A DNA stretch of 64,000 nucleotides from an uncultured Phycisphaerales bacterium (GTDB taxonomy: Bacteria > Planctomycetota > Phycisphaerae > Sedimentisphaerales > Anaerobacaceae). The position numbers and the translations under genes were made by a program. The stretch covers positions 128,001 through 192,000 of the forward strand of contig CAVYYI010000001.1 in NCBI GenBank assembly GCA_963772725.1, read 5' to 3'. The stretch's first letter is position 1, and each line of letters opens with the position of its first letter. The notes below the pieces were generated by a model. That model was not told the DNA's origin. It saw only the letters and a list, made by a program, of their open reading frames with translations, and searched no databases. Positions 53,737 through 64,000 of this stretch are shown piece after piece.

Positions 53737-54576
53737 TTATTTTCCGAGGATGGAGATGCCGAGCTGGTCGGCGAGTTTGATAGTTTCCGGTTTGTCGAGG
53801 ATGATTGTTTTATCAGCTTCGACGACGAGGCATTTTCCGCCATTTGAGGCGAGGCTTTTTATAGTGTCGGCGCCGACGCAGGGGACATCGAAACGCATAT
53901 CCTGATTTGTCTTTGATACTTTAATGAGGGTCCAGTTCCCTTTTTTGCAGTACTGGCCGGCACGTTCAATCATTTTAGCGGTGCCTTCGATGGCTTCGAC
54001 TGCCAGGATTTCTCTTTCCTTTACGGCGATGGCCTGGCCGATATCCATTTCGCTGAGTTTTTTGACGATGGGCCATCCGAAGTCGATATCGCTGAGAAAA
54101 GTCTGGGCAGGCTGATTTTTGGTCATAACACCTTTTGTTGCGAGATGTTCTTTGCAGTACATTGTGGAATCCTCCAGGATAATACCGCCTGATGCCAGTT
54201 CTTCGGCAAGGGCGTTTAAAAGGGTTTCATTTTGTTTGTTTTTATTTCTCAGCCGCCAGTACCAGATTCTTATTGCCCGCCAGTCGGGCAGATAGCGGAC
54301 GATTCGCCAGGGTGTGAAGATACGGTTTTTTGCGACGCTGCCTACCATTATAGTACTGGATACGCCGTGTTTTTTAAGTTTTCGCATCCAGTTTCCTGGC
54401 CTGGCCAGCGGCACGGTATAGAAAATATCCACCTTATCGGCGAGGGATGGTTCGGCATTATCTATCAGACCGACACAGACGACTTTGTGGCCGCTTTGTT
54501 TTGCGCCCGCGGCAACGAGAAAGGGGAGTCTGCCCTGACCTGCGATTAATCCTATTATATTCTGCTGTGTAGGCAT
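53737..54576 (-). CDS. lpxI: UDP-2,3-diacylglucosamine diphosphatase LpxI
   Basis: GLIAGQGRLP, DIGQ, AVEAIEGT, QDMRFDVP. Confidence 0.9.
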   Translation of the reverse strand: MPTQQNIIGLIAGQGRLPFLVAAGAKQSGHKVVCVGLIDNAEPSLADKVDIFYTVPLARPGNWMRKLKKHGVSSTIMVGSVAKNRIFTPWRIVRYLPDWRAIRIWYWRLRNKNKQNETLLNALAEELASGGIILEDSTMYCKEHLATKGVMTKNQPAQTFLSDIDFGWPIVKKLSEMDIGQAIAVKEREILAVEAIEGTAKMIERAGQYCKKGNWTLIKVSKTNQDMRFDVPCVGADTIKSLASNGGKCLVVEADKTIILDKPETIKLADQLGISILGK

Positions 54577-54706
54577 AATTTTAGAGAAACCAAACCCTAA
54601 GCACTAATTACTAAATCCTAAACAAATTCAAAATCAAAAAAATAGAAGCCAGAATTCAGAAACCAGAATAAAATTTCAAATTCCTCTGTGACCTCTGTGG
54701 CTGATG

Positions 54707-55735
54707 TTATTCAGGTTTCTCAAGATTGGTAAGGCGTTCTTCGATTTTGCGAATAGTTTTTCTCATCTCAGGAAGCGCTTTGATCAGCGCATAAGCCCGC
54801 CTTGCTTTGCTTGCCTCGATTGCTGGCACTCCGACAATAATTTTGCCATCCTCAACATCGTTAATTACGCCAGCCTGTGCGCCAATCATAACGCCGTTAC
54901 CGACTGTGATATGACCAACGATGCCGGCCTGCCCTCCAGCGACGCAGTGATGGCCGAGCGTGGCTGAACCGGCGATTCCAACCTGAGCGACGAGGAGACA
55001 GTAGGGTCCGACTTTTGTGCCGTGACCTATCGCCACCATGTCGCCGATTTTGCTTCCTTTTCCGATGATGGTATTATCAAGAGTTCCTCGTTCGATGCCG
55101 CAACCTGAACCGATTTCCACTTCGTCTTCGATAATTACTGAACCGATATGAGGAATCTTGTGGTGTTGACCTTTGTGTGTGGCGAAACCAAAGCCATCTT
55201 CGCCGATGGTGGCGTTTGCCTGGAGAATTACTTTGCTGCCGATTCTGCACTTATCGTAAATCACGACGTTTGGGTAGAGGATGCAGTCGCTGCCTATTTC
55301 GGTATCGGGGCCGATGAATACGCCGGGGTAAAGGACGCAGTTTTCGCCGATTTTAACGTTGTCGCTGATTGTTACAAAGTCGTGGATGTCGCAGTTTTTG
55401 CCAATGACTGCGGTTTTGGCAATTGAGGCTTTTGGGCTGATGCCGGTTTTTTTATGTTGGCGATGGCCGTGCAGAAGAATGACAATCTGGCAAAAGGCGT
55501 AGTAGGGATCCTGTGCTATGAGCAGGGCGGCTGAGGTTTTGCTTTCCCTGCCGACTACCACGGCGCTTGCCTTTGTGGTCTGAAGGTGGTTAGCGTATTT
55601 AGGGTTGCTTAAAAAGCTAATATCACCCTGGCCGGCGGTTTCCAATGTCGCGGCAGAGCTGATTTGTATTTCGGGGTCACCATAAACTTTGCCGCTGACG
55701 TATTCAGCCAGTTCGCCCAGTTTTTTTGTTTGCAT
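54707..55735 (-). CDS. lpxD: UDP-3-O-acylglucosamine N-acyltransferase
   Basis: ISFLSNPKY, hexapeptide repeats, DGFGF, H in IGHG. Confidence 0.93.
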   Translation of the reverse strand: MQTKKLGELAEYVSGKVYGDPEIQISSAATLETAGQGDISFLSNPKYANHLQTTKASAVVVGRESKTSAALLIAQDPYYAFCQIVILLHGHRQHKKTGISPKASIAKTAVIGKNCDIHDFVTISDNVKIGENCVLYPGVFIGPDTEIGSDCILYPNVVIYDKCRIGSKVILQANATIGEDGFGFATHKGQHHKIPHIGSVIIEDEVEIGSGCGIERGTLDNTIIGKGSKIGDMVAIGHGTKVGPYCLLVAQVGIAGSATLGHHCVAGGQAGIVGHITVGNGVMIGAQAGVINDVEDGKIIVGVPAIEASKARRAYALIKALPEMRKTIRKIEERLTNLEKPE

Positions 55736-55920
55736 GTAAAATCCTTAAGTTTTTATCTTTTAGTTAATTATTATATCAAAAAGCTGGTCGCGGTCAACTA
55801 ATCTGTGCCGTGTAAATGCCGTGTAAAAAGGTTGCATTTTTATCGGATAAATGTTAATTTGATGTAAAAGAAGCCTGACTCTTGAAGTTGGAAGGTTGCT
55901 GGTAGGAGATGCGATAGGAT

Positions 55921-56685
55921 ATGTTTGAAAACAAAAAGGTTGTGGTGGTAATGCCTGCGTATAACGCGGCGCAGACGCTTCGCAAGACTTATGACGAGGT
56001 AATGGCACAGAAGGTTGTTGACCTTGTCATTGTTGTTGATGATGCCAGCAGGGACGAGACGACGGCTATAGCGGCGAAACTGCCGAACGCAATTGTTCAT
56101 ACGCATCCGGCCAATCGCGGTTACGGCGGCAATCAGAAATCGTGCTATAAGCTCGCGCTGCAGCAGGGGGCTGATATCGTTATTATGGTTCATCCGGATT
56201 ATCAATATACGCCGCTGCTGATTCCGGCGATGGCGTCAATGATTGGTAACGGGCTGTATCATTGTGTGCTTGGTTCGAGAATTCTGGGCGGGCACGCTTT
56301 TAAGGATGGGATGCCCTGGTGGAAATATGTCGCCAATAGATTTTTAACTCTGGCGGAAAATATTTTGCTTGGGGCAAAACTTTCAGAATATCACACGGGT
56401 TATCGCGCGTTTTCACGGGAGCTGCTGGAAAAGCTGCCTTTGGAGACCAACTCCGATGATTTTATTTTTGATAATCAGATGATAGCGCAGATATTATGGC
56501 AGGGGTATATAATCGCTGAGGTGAGCTGTCCGACAAAGTATTTTGCGGAGGCGTCTTCTATAAATTTCAACAGGAGTTTGAAATATGGGTTCGGGTGTCT
56601 ATTCACAGGTTTGAAGTTCAGACTGGCCAAGATGAAACTGCTTAAATCAAAACTGTTTACTGGAAATGGTCAAAACGTCAGATAA
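55921..56685 (+). CDS. Glycosyltransferase family 2
   Basis: VVMPAYN, VDDAS, NRGYGGNQK, HPDYQY, GYRAF. Confidence 0.9.
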   Translation: MFENKKVVVVMPAYNAAQTLRKTYDEVMAQKVVDLVIVVDDASRDETTAIAAKLPNAIVHTHPANRGYGGNQKSCYKLALQQGADIVIMVHPDYQYTPLLIPAMASMIGNGLYHCVLGSRILGGHAFKDGMPWWKYVANRFLTLAENILLGAKLSEYHTGYRAFSRELLEKLPLETNSDDFIFDNQMIAQILWQGYIIAEVSCPTKYFAEASSINFNRSLKYGFGCLFTGLKFRLAKMKLLKSKLFTGNGQNVR

Positions 56686-56857
56686 GTATCAAGTTGTTAA
56701 TGTCATCCAGAAGGAAAAGGCTGAGTGGGTTGCCGCTCGGCCTTTATAATTCTCAGCAATCACCTATGTTATCGTTGGGGACGAAATGTAAACCAAAAAT
56801 TGCAAATTAGAGTTGAAAAATGGATTTGGAACGGTTACTCTGTAGTTTTGAAGTTCC

Positions 56858-56944
56858 GGAGAGGTGTCGGAGCGGCTGATCGAGCAGGCTTGGAAAGTCT
56901 GTGTAGGGCTTTATCTACCGCGGGTTCGAATCCCGCCCTCTCCG
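56858..56944 (+). tRNA. tRNA-Ser(GGA)
   Basis: GGAGAGG acceptor stem, CAGGC-TTGGAAA-GTCTG anticodon arm, variable arm, GGTTCGAATCC; CCA not encoded. Confidence 0.93.
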
Positions 56945-57039
56945 TTGATTTTGGGGATGTCTTTTATAAGCACTTGAATTTACGTGGGTTACAGAACAGC
57001 TTTTTCTGAAATATGCCCGAGTGTCATAGGATTGTCCTA

Positions 57040-57180
57040 CTTTTCTCTTGTTGCTGTTAAAACTTAAGCTGTTCATCGCAGCCTGATGATGTTAGGGCAT
57101 TCATTGTAAAATACATATCCAGTATTGCACTGGACGAGTGACCCATTCATTCCAGGACATACTTGCAGGACAATATGACT
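57040..57180 (-). pseudogene. Remnant of a tyrosine integrase C-terminus pointing at tRNA-Ser(GGA)
   Basis: Minus-strand KYVLE*MGHSSSAILDMYFTM / HQAAMNSL aligns with RKALSWLGHSSSEMLDLYYHL / SQNAMMEL of the 35501 integrase. Confidence 0.7.
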
Positions 57181-57233
57181 CACAATGTTCTTGATAAAAT
57201 TATTGACGGAAAGTATCAATTTGCAGGGGAAAA

Positions 57234-59342
57234 TTATTCCTGCGGCTTTATTAATGGTATAAATTTCATTTGTGGACGTTTATGTAATTGTGCAGTATAA
57301 ACAGCGTCTTTATAGAACTTTTCCTGTCCTCGTAATTTTTTATTTGAATCAGTTTTACGTTTATAAGTTCCGTCTGCCATCATTTGATGGGCTTTTGTGT
57401 TGTCTGCAAAGAAGGTTTTGAGAATGTTTTCCAGTCTCTCGCGAAGCTTTGGCGAGGTTACCTGGAAGAAAGTTTCCAGTCTTTTATCGATATTTCTACT
57501 CATCCAGTCGGCACTGGAGAGATAAATTTCACTGTGCCCGCCATTTGAGAAATATAAAATTCTGCCGTGCTCAAGATAACGGTCCACAATCGAGACAACC
57601 TCAATGTTTTCTGAAGTTTTCTTCAGGCCAGGCCTCAGACAGCATATTCCTCTGACATTCAAAAGCACCTTGACTCCAGCCTGAGCTGCCCGGTAAAGAG
57701 CCTGACAGATTTTTTTATCCTCCAGAGAATTTATCTTAGCCATTATCAATCCGGGCCTGTCAGGAGTTGATACATGAATCTCCCTGTTGATAAGGTCCTC
57801 TAATTTCCTTCTGAGGTCCGTAGGCGCTATTGTGAGTTTGGACCAGCCGACTATTCCTGAAGAACCCGTCAAAAGATTGAAAAAGGCACTGACATCGCAA
57901 GTAAGGTCATTATCAGATGTCAGCAGAGCAATATCGGAATATAATTTTGCGGTTTTTTCATTATAGTTTCCCGTAGATAAATGCGCATATCGGCGTATGC
58001 GGCCGTTCTCACGACGGATTATCAGCATTGCCTTTGCGTGGGTTTTTAGCCTCGCAACACCGTATATCACGCGACAACCGGTGTCTTCGAGTCTTCTTGC
58101 CCAATTGATATTACGGTCTTCATCGAAACGTGCTTTTAACTCTACCAGCACAGTAACTTCCTTGCCGTTTTCTCCGGCAGTTTGAAGGGCCTTTACAATC
58201 GACGAATCAGAACTTGTTCGATATAAAGTTTGTTTTATTGCCAGCACATCCGGGTCAACCGATGCCTGCTGAAGCAGATTGACAACCGGCTCGAAACTTT
58301 CGTAGGGATGGAATAATAACACATCCCGCTGCTGGAGTGTCTGCCATATATCCTGTGAATCCAGAATGTCCCTGGGGGTTTGCGGCGGCCAATCAGGCGT
58401 CTTAAGTTTTTCAAAATTCGGGATTGTAACTAACTTCATCAGGGCCGCACCATCTAAAATACCGTCAATTTCATATATATAATCAGATTCGAGCTTAAGC
58501 CAGCCAACAAGCCAACTTTTGATAGAGTAATCCGGATTTGCGGATATTTCAAGGCGAACTGCATTCGTCGCCTTCTTTCAAGGACAGCCTGCTCTATCAT
58601 ACCGAGAAGGTCCGCAGCCTCGTCCGCCTGCACGGTAACATCCGCGTCTCTGGTAATTCTTACACAGGCGCTTCCAAGTATTTCCCATTCTTCGAATAAC
58701 AATCTTGCGTTATCTGCGATAATATCTTCCAGAAGAGCATAACTGACAGATTGTTCCGATGGTATTTGCACAAATCGGTCAAGTATGACCGGTACAGGTA
58801 TTATGACAATCTTTTTAACGGTTTCTCCAGCCTTTTTCGATTGAATATTAACTGCGACATTTAAGTGTCTGCCCGGTAAAAGCGGACAGGGTTCAAGTTC
58901 CTGCATCGAAAGAGGAGTCAGAACAGCAATAACCTCATTTTTAAAATAATTCTCCAGAAATATTTTCTGCTCAACCGTCCAGTCGTCTCTTTGAGTTATA
59001 AACAAGCCTTGTTCCTTGAGCTTTCCCATAACGTCTTTTACTGCACGGTTGAGTGTCAATCATTTTGTGGACTCTCAGGTTTATATGCTTTAGCTGCTGG
59101 GTAGGCGTTAAGCCGCTTTTATCGCGTTTTCGAATCCCTGCGGCTGTCTGCTGGACAAGCCCTGCCACACGAATCATAAAAAATTCATCAAGGTTAGAGC
59201 TTACAATTGATAAAAACTTAAGCCTCTCGAGCAAAGGAAGTTCTTCGAGTCCTTCCAGTAAAACTCTGTGGTTAAATTCCAACCAACTCAGTTCACGGTT
59301 TACAAACAGATGCGGCGAGTTGAATTTTATGTTCTTATCCAT
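57234..59342 (-). CDS. ppk1: Polyphosphate kinase 1 (two frameshifts)
   Basis: [56 protein letters not shown]. Confidence 0.92.
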
Positions 59343-59350
59343 ATATTTTT

Positions 59351-60882
59351 TTAATCTTCTTCCAAATTTGGCATTTAAACAAAAAATATCCTCGAACATA
59401 TCGCTTTGGGCGGCAAAAGTTTTCCTTTTAAACGCCAAATCCGGCATACCCGGAATGGATACAATTAAATTATCGCTGTCCAACCTGCATTTCATGCGTT
59501 CAGGTTCTATGTTGTGACCGGCATCCAATGCCTCTGCCATCCTGAGCAGTGCTGCCAACTTATTAACGATAATTCTGTTTTCTCTTGTTAGTGACATATA
59601 TTCTATGTGCGTTGTTTTCGGCTTACACACCGATGATACCTCGCAATATTTGCTACAATTGCCACTTCGCTCTGTGTGAGACCGAATATTTCAGTATTCA
59701 TAATTAAATACTGTGAGTGTTTATGGAAAGCTTTTGGTGATATAAATGTACCTACTTCATGTAATAACGCAGCTGTCTCCAAAAATATCCTGTGTCTGAA
59801 CTGCAGCCCGTGTTCGTTCTGAAGGGCATCGAAAAGTCGAACTGCGATTTCTCTGACCCTATTGGAGTGTTCAATGTCAACTTTGTATTTTTCTGCAATA
59901 GTCATCGCAGAATGAATTATACCTTTAGTTAATATCCGGTCTTCCTGACCTGTTATGCGCCGTGCTAAATCCTGCAGCAAACCCTCTCTCATAGAGGTAA
60001 ACAAGACTGTCAGTTCCTTTGCCCTGGTCGAATTCAGCAGCACCTGATATACTAAAAGAGCTGCGTTTAAGGTTTCGGCATCTGTAAATTCGATATCATA
60101 GAAAGCAGCGAGCTGCTGTGATGTTTTGGTCCTGACCTTATCAACCAGCTTATTAAACATTGCTTTGGGAATGGTGTTAAGCTCTATGCCCTTTAGTTTT
60201 GTGCCGGCGTGTCTGGCGGCAAAGATCTGGCATCGCACGGCGGAAAAAATTCTGTATCTTTTTGAGGGACATAAAACTTTCTATCAAGGCATGATATTTA
60301 GTATTTCATTATGAATGAGTTTTGAATCCAAAGAATCACCACCTGCAAGAACTTCCTGAAGCCGAATCGAACCCAGATACAAACTTTGCGAGGCCACAAT
60401 TTCGCCCTTTTCAAGAAACGTCAAAATTGTGCTTCCGCCGCCTACTTCAGCTATAAGTGTGTTTTTGCTGCTCTTCTCCAGCAAATCACCGAGGGTATTT
60501 TGAATCGCCGAAACAGTAAGTCTGCCTTCTTCAGAAGTGTCAATCACCTCAATTCCAAGTCCTGTAGCCATCATCGCTCTGTCAATCAGGATATCGGCAT
60601 TGCCGGCTTCTCGAACCGCGCTTGTTGCTACTACCCGCACATGCTTTACATTGTATAATTTCAATACCTTTTGATATTCTCTTAGAATTGATATAACGGT
60701 ACGAATTGCATTTCTGCTGAGCTTGCCGTTTTTGAATGTATCCTGCCCCAGGTGAACCGCCTTACGAAATCTTTCCAGTATCTCAACTTTGCCGTCCGGC
60801 AAAAGCTGGCCTAATAACATTCGGATGGAATTAGAGCCTATATCAATAGCTGAAGAGTTATATTCTCGGCTGTACCGGTCAT
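59351..60882 (-). CDS. ppx: Ppx/GppA exopolyphosphatase with HD domain (several frameshifts)
   Basis: [38 protein letters not shown]. Confidence 0.85.
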
Positions 60883-61077
60883 CTCCAAATCCTCCGAAAC
60901 AGGATAACAACGTGATCCCATTTATCACTTTGGGCTTCAAAAGGAATTATACAATTCCCCGCCTTTGTCCGTTTGTAATGTCCATAGACCATATATCTAT
61001 TTATGTTTATTTTAGACTCGTAAAATTACCATTACAAAATTGTTTAGATTCTGTTAATAATCTTGGTTATTTACATC

Positions 61078-62430
61078 CTATTTGAATGCCTCTATTATAA
61101 TATCTTTATTAAAAATATTCCTCATTAAATCAGCTTTCTGTTGAGCAGCATCGATTTCCTGGATAACCGGGCCGCTTGCATCAATCCTTATAAAAAGCTT
61201 ATCCGCGGTTACTTTGCATTTCACATCCCTGACGAGGTTCATATAACTTCTGTCGAGACCGTCAGCTATTCTTAATATACCAGCAAGCACAGAAACAATG
61301 CGTTGGTCTTGCGGGGTTAAATTATAATAATGTTTATGCGAAGATTTAGGCAAGGCTCTCCGATGGTATCTGGAGATAAGGCCTATTATTGACCGTTGGC
61401 GCAAATCAAAAGGCAGATTCGTTGCCTTGATTATCATATTCAACGAGGTCTTGTGATGAGCTTTTTGCCCCTTTATCCAGCCGATGTCGTGAAGCAATGC
61501 GCCACATTGAAGATAGAATTTTTTCTGCTCTGAGAATTTATGAAGCTCTTTCAGTTCGTCAAAAAGTCTAAGTGCAAGTTTCGTCACCTGCAGAGTATGT
61601 TTTTCAGGGTAACGACAGTTTTCTGCAAATTCTACTACTGAGTCAAGCTGTTCATTCTGCTGTTTCTGAGACAGACTGGCCGAGCCTTTATTTAATTGTG
61701 TAAGATTTTTCCCCTCACGAAGCATCCTAACGAAGTCTTCCGGCAGTTTTTCCTTACGTATTGCACGAATTGTTTTTTCCATATCATATTCAACTGAGTA
61801 ATTCTCTACATTCACGGATTTATCAGCAAACTTTAAAATGGCGTAAGTCGCTCTGCCGTCCGTACCCTCAGGCCGGCCTACACTGCCTGGATTTATGAAA
61901 AAGGTTTTTCCAGTTCTTTTCGAAAAAACAAGATGTGAATGTCCGCTTAAAACAACATCAGCATTTGCCAAAGCCGCTAATTCTTCCAGCCGCTGCGATG
62001 TTGTTTCTGAACATATGTATTCTTCATTGGAAGCAGGACTGCCGTGCGTTAGAAGTACTTTTAGTCCATTAACTTTGAGGCATATCTGCTCCGGCAAAGA
62101 GGCAAGGTATTTGCGGTTTTGCGAGGTTAATTTTTCGTATGTCCATTCAAAAGCTCTATATTTTTCTGGGGCTTTTTTCTGTTTCCATTTCACCTTGTTT
62201 TTTTCAAAAGAAAGAACTTTTAAATCGTAATTACCAATAATGCTTACCGCCCCTAACCGGCGTAACAAATCTATCACCTCGTTTGGAAAAGGATTGTAAC
62301 CCACAAAGTCACCGACATTCCAAATCTCGCGATAATTATTCTTGGCGGTATCATTGAGAACAGCTTTTAATGCCGGCAGATTCGCATGGACATCCCCTAT
62401 CAGCAGTATTTTCTTGGATTTTTGCTTCAT
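61078..62430 (-). CDS. Metallophosphoesterase fused to a Ppx-type HD domain
   Basis: GDVHAN, GDFV, GNYD, THGSP, GHSH, NPGSVG; then HTLQV, LLHDIG, RYHR, RIADGLD. Confidence 0.85.
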   Translation of the reverse strand: MKQKSKKILLIGDVHANLPALKAVLNDTAKNNYREIWNVGDFVGYNPFPNEVIDLLRRLGAVSIIGNYDLKVLSFEKNKVKWKQKKAPEKYRAFEWTYEKLTSQNRKYLASLPEQICLKVNGLKVLLTHGSPASNEEYICSETTSQRLEELAALANADVVLSGHSHLVFSKRTGKTFFINPGSVGRPEGTDGRATYAILKFADKSVNVENYSVEYDMEKTIRAIRKEKLPEDFVRMLREGKNLTQLNKGSASLSQKQQNEQLDSVVEFAENCRYPEKHTLQVTKLALRLFDELKELHKFSEQKKFYLQCGALLHDIGWIKGQKAHHKTSLNMIIKATNLPFDLRQRSIIGLISRYHRRALPKSSHKHYYNLTPQDQRIVSVLAGILRIADGLDRSYMNLVRDVKCKVTADKLFIRIDASGPVIQEIDAAQQKADLMRNIFNKDIIIEAFK

Positions 62431-63439
62431 TTGAAGCCCTCTCTTTTATTTCTACAATCGAAGGTTGGGCTGAGTCAGTTAATGGTTCTTTAAGCTTCGA
62501 AATCAATTTGTCCCACGTTTTTTCATCGCATAGCTTTTTCCAGTAAACTAAAAGCTCTTCAAAAAATTGTTGGCGTTTTTGCCTCAGCTTCTGCTGGAGA
62601 TATTCAAGGCCGGGCAGCAAAAGATAATAAGGTTTATCATATCCAAAGTATTCCTCTGTTCGCTGAAGCTCTTCTTCCAGAAACTTATCAATATGGTTGC
62701 ACCAGACATCGCAATCGTGGATATCTCCAAGAAGTGTTTGGAGCTTCTGGGCCACCTTTATTACATTATTGAGACGGCCGTTGTAAGGCTCCCTGCAAAT
62801 CTCCATTGTGTACCTTAATCTTTTGGCGGCTATTCTCAGCTGGTGATGACCTTGTTTATCCAAATGGTCTTTCAGGCATTCCTGATGCGAAAGCAGTTCT
62901 TGCAATTTGCTGCTAATATGCTGGCTAGTTGTTTGAAAAGTATCTTTGCTTTTCACGTCTGGATTTTCGTTTCGCAAATAAAACATGATTTTCTCGATGG
63001 CTGAATGAATATCTGCAATAATAGCCCGGGATTCCAGCCTGTCTATGGTTTTAATAACTTTATTTTGAAATGTCTGGCGATTCTGGATGATTCTAAGCAG
63101 CAGTCTTTCGATGCCAGGATGAAGCTTAGTTTCTTTTTCATCAAGTTCGGATATCACTTTATTTAAAAATTCTATCTGCACATCGGCATCACGCGCAGGA
63201 CCAAGACTTTTAGTTAACCTTTTTATTTCTTTGCGCCACTTTTTCACCTTTTTAATATCAAAACAATTTTCAAAAACTCCAAGTGCCGACCGCAGTCTCC
63301 TTGATGCCACACGGGATTGATGTATATGTTCTATATCCTTAGCCTGGCGAGCTCCGTCGATTTCGCGTTGAAGTTTTTTAATCTGACCGCCAATATAGTG
63401 ATATGCCAGCCGCTGATAACTTTTATCTACCAATACCAT
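62351..63439 (-). CDS. CHAD-domain (polyphosphate-binding) protein
   Basis: HQSRVASRRLRS, RDADV, HQLRIAAKRLRY, LGDIHDCDV. Confidence 0.88.
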   Translation of the reverse strand: MVLVDKSYQRLAYHYIGGQIKKLQREIDGARQAKDIEHIHQSRVASRRLRSALGVFENCFDIKKVKKWRKEIKRLTKSLGPARDADVQIEFLNKVISELDEKETKLHPGIERLLLRIIQNRQTFQNKVIKTIDRLESRAIIADIHSAIEKIMFYLRNENPDVKSKDTFQTTSQHISSKLQELLSHQECLKDHLDKQGHHQLRIAAKRLRYTMEICREPYNGRLNNVIKVAQKLQTLLGDIHDCDVWCNHIDKFLEEELQRTEEYFGYDKPYYLLLPGLEYLQQKLRQKRQQFFEELLVYWKKLCDEKTWDKLISKLKEPLTDSAQPSIVEIKERASNEAKIQENTADRGCPCESAGIKSCSQ

Positions 63440-63824
63440 AAAAATCTTTCATTTATGCCCTTAAAACATAATGAAATATTCTATAATATAACGAAGAATC
63501 TGTCAAATTAACTTTGATTTTGCAGAAATAATTGGCGGAAAAGATTTATTTGCAGCCTAACACATTCCTAACATAACTCGGCGATGTTTGTACGTTATAT
63601 AATACTCCCCCAAAATCGGACCAGTATATAAGGTGTAAGTTGTGGTATAATTCTATCGGATTATGGATTGAGAAAGGAAGTACGAATTATGACACAATGA
63701 ACTCCTACCCATTATCAAGACCAATTTTATCCTTGTATTTGGTGTAAGTTGTGCCGATTTTTCCTATGCCAGCCGATTCACCATTTCAAACCGCGGATGA
63801 AATATTTGGCAGGGACAAGGGCTA

Positions 63825-64000
63825 TTAATTACCCTGCTCAAGAAAAGCGACTACGGAGTTTGCTAAATTCAAATCCAAACTCTTGAGTTTTTCGTAATTT
63901 TTGAGAGCAGCCTCTCGATTGCCAAGCAGTAAATGTGTTAGTACCAGGCCGCGATAAGCGTCGGGAAATTCCTGTCTGACTGCGATTGCTCTATTAAATG
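63825..64000 (-). CDS. 3' end of a TPR-like protein (starts beyond the window)
   Basis: Manual translation: FNRAIAVRQEFPDAYRGLVLTHLLLGNREAALKNYEKLKSLD...GN*. Confidence 0.55.
   Translation of the reverse strand, partial: FNRAIAVRQEFPDAYRGLVLTHLLLGNREAALKNYEKLKSLDLNLANSVVAFLEQGN

Noticed and set aside
63632..63753. 13-bp direct repeat GGTGTAAGTTGTG upstream of the CHAD gene
   Set aside because: Only two copies about 110 bp apart; could be an operator but is indistinguishable from chance here

Overview
Bacterial chromosome segment from a diderm organism (lpxD/lpxI present). The gene content is planctomycete-like, but that assignment is my inference. Many conserved genes (amrS, thrS, rplT, ppk1, ppx, acetate genes) are split by single-base frameshifts, which most likely reflects an unpolished long-read assembly. 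Layout: (1) 1-16.4 kb is housekeeping plus an acetate uptake/activation/acetylation cluster. (2) About 16.8-36.8 kb is an accessory island. Its right end is an excisionase plus a tyrosine integrase that reads into tRNA-Ser(GCT). Its left end is an IS21 with no target-site duplication. (3) 37-56.7 kb is core genes: PDZ proteases, a two-component system with VWA/DUF4139 genes, thrS-infC-rpmI-rplT-pheS, lpxI/lpxD. (4) tRNA-Ser(GGA) is followed by a decayed integrase relic of the same family and a polyphosphate cluster. The best candidate for an undescribed system is in the island, a co-oriented operon: small TM protein, Cys-rich Zn finger, HerA/VirB4-like ATPase-nuclease, small TM protein, [IS insertion], an unannotated 55-aa peptide followed by a hairpin, E2, JAB fused to an E2-like domain, and an E1 lacking the usual catalytic Cys. 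This is ubiquitin-like conjugation machinery with no recognisable ubiquitin-like protein or CD-NTase, so the short peptide is a candidate modifier or substrate.
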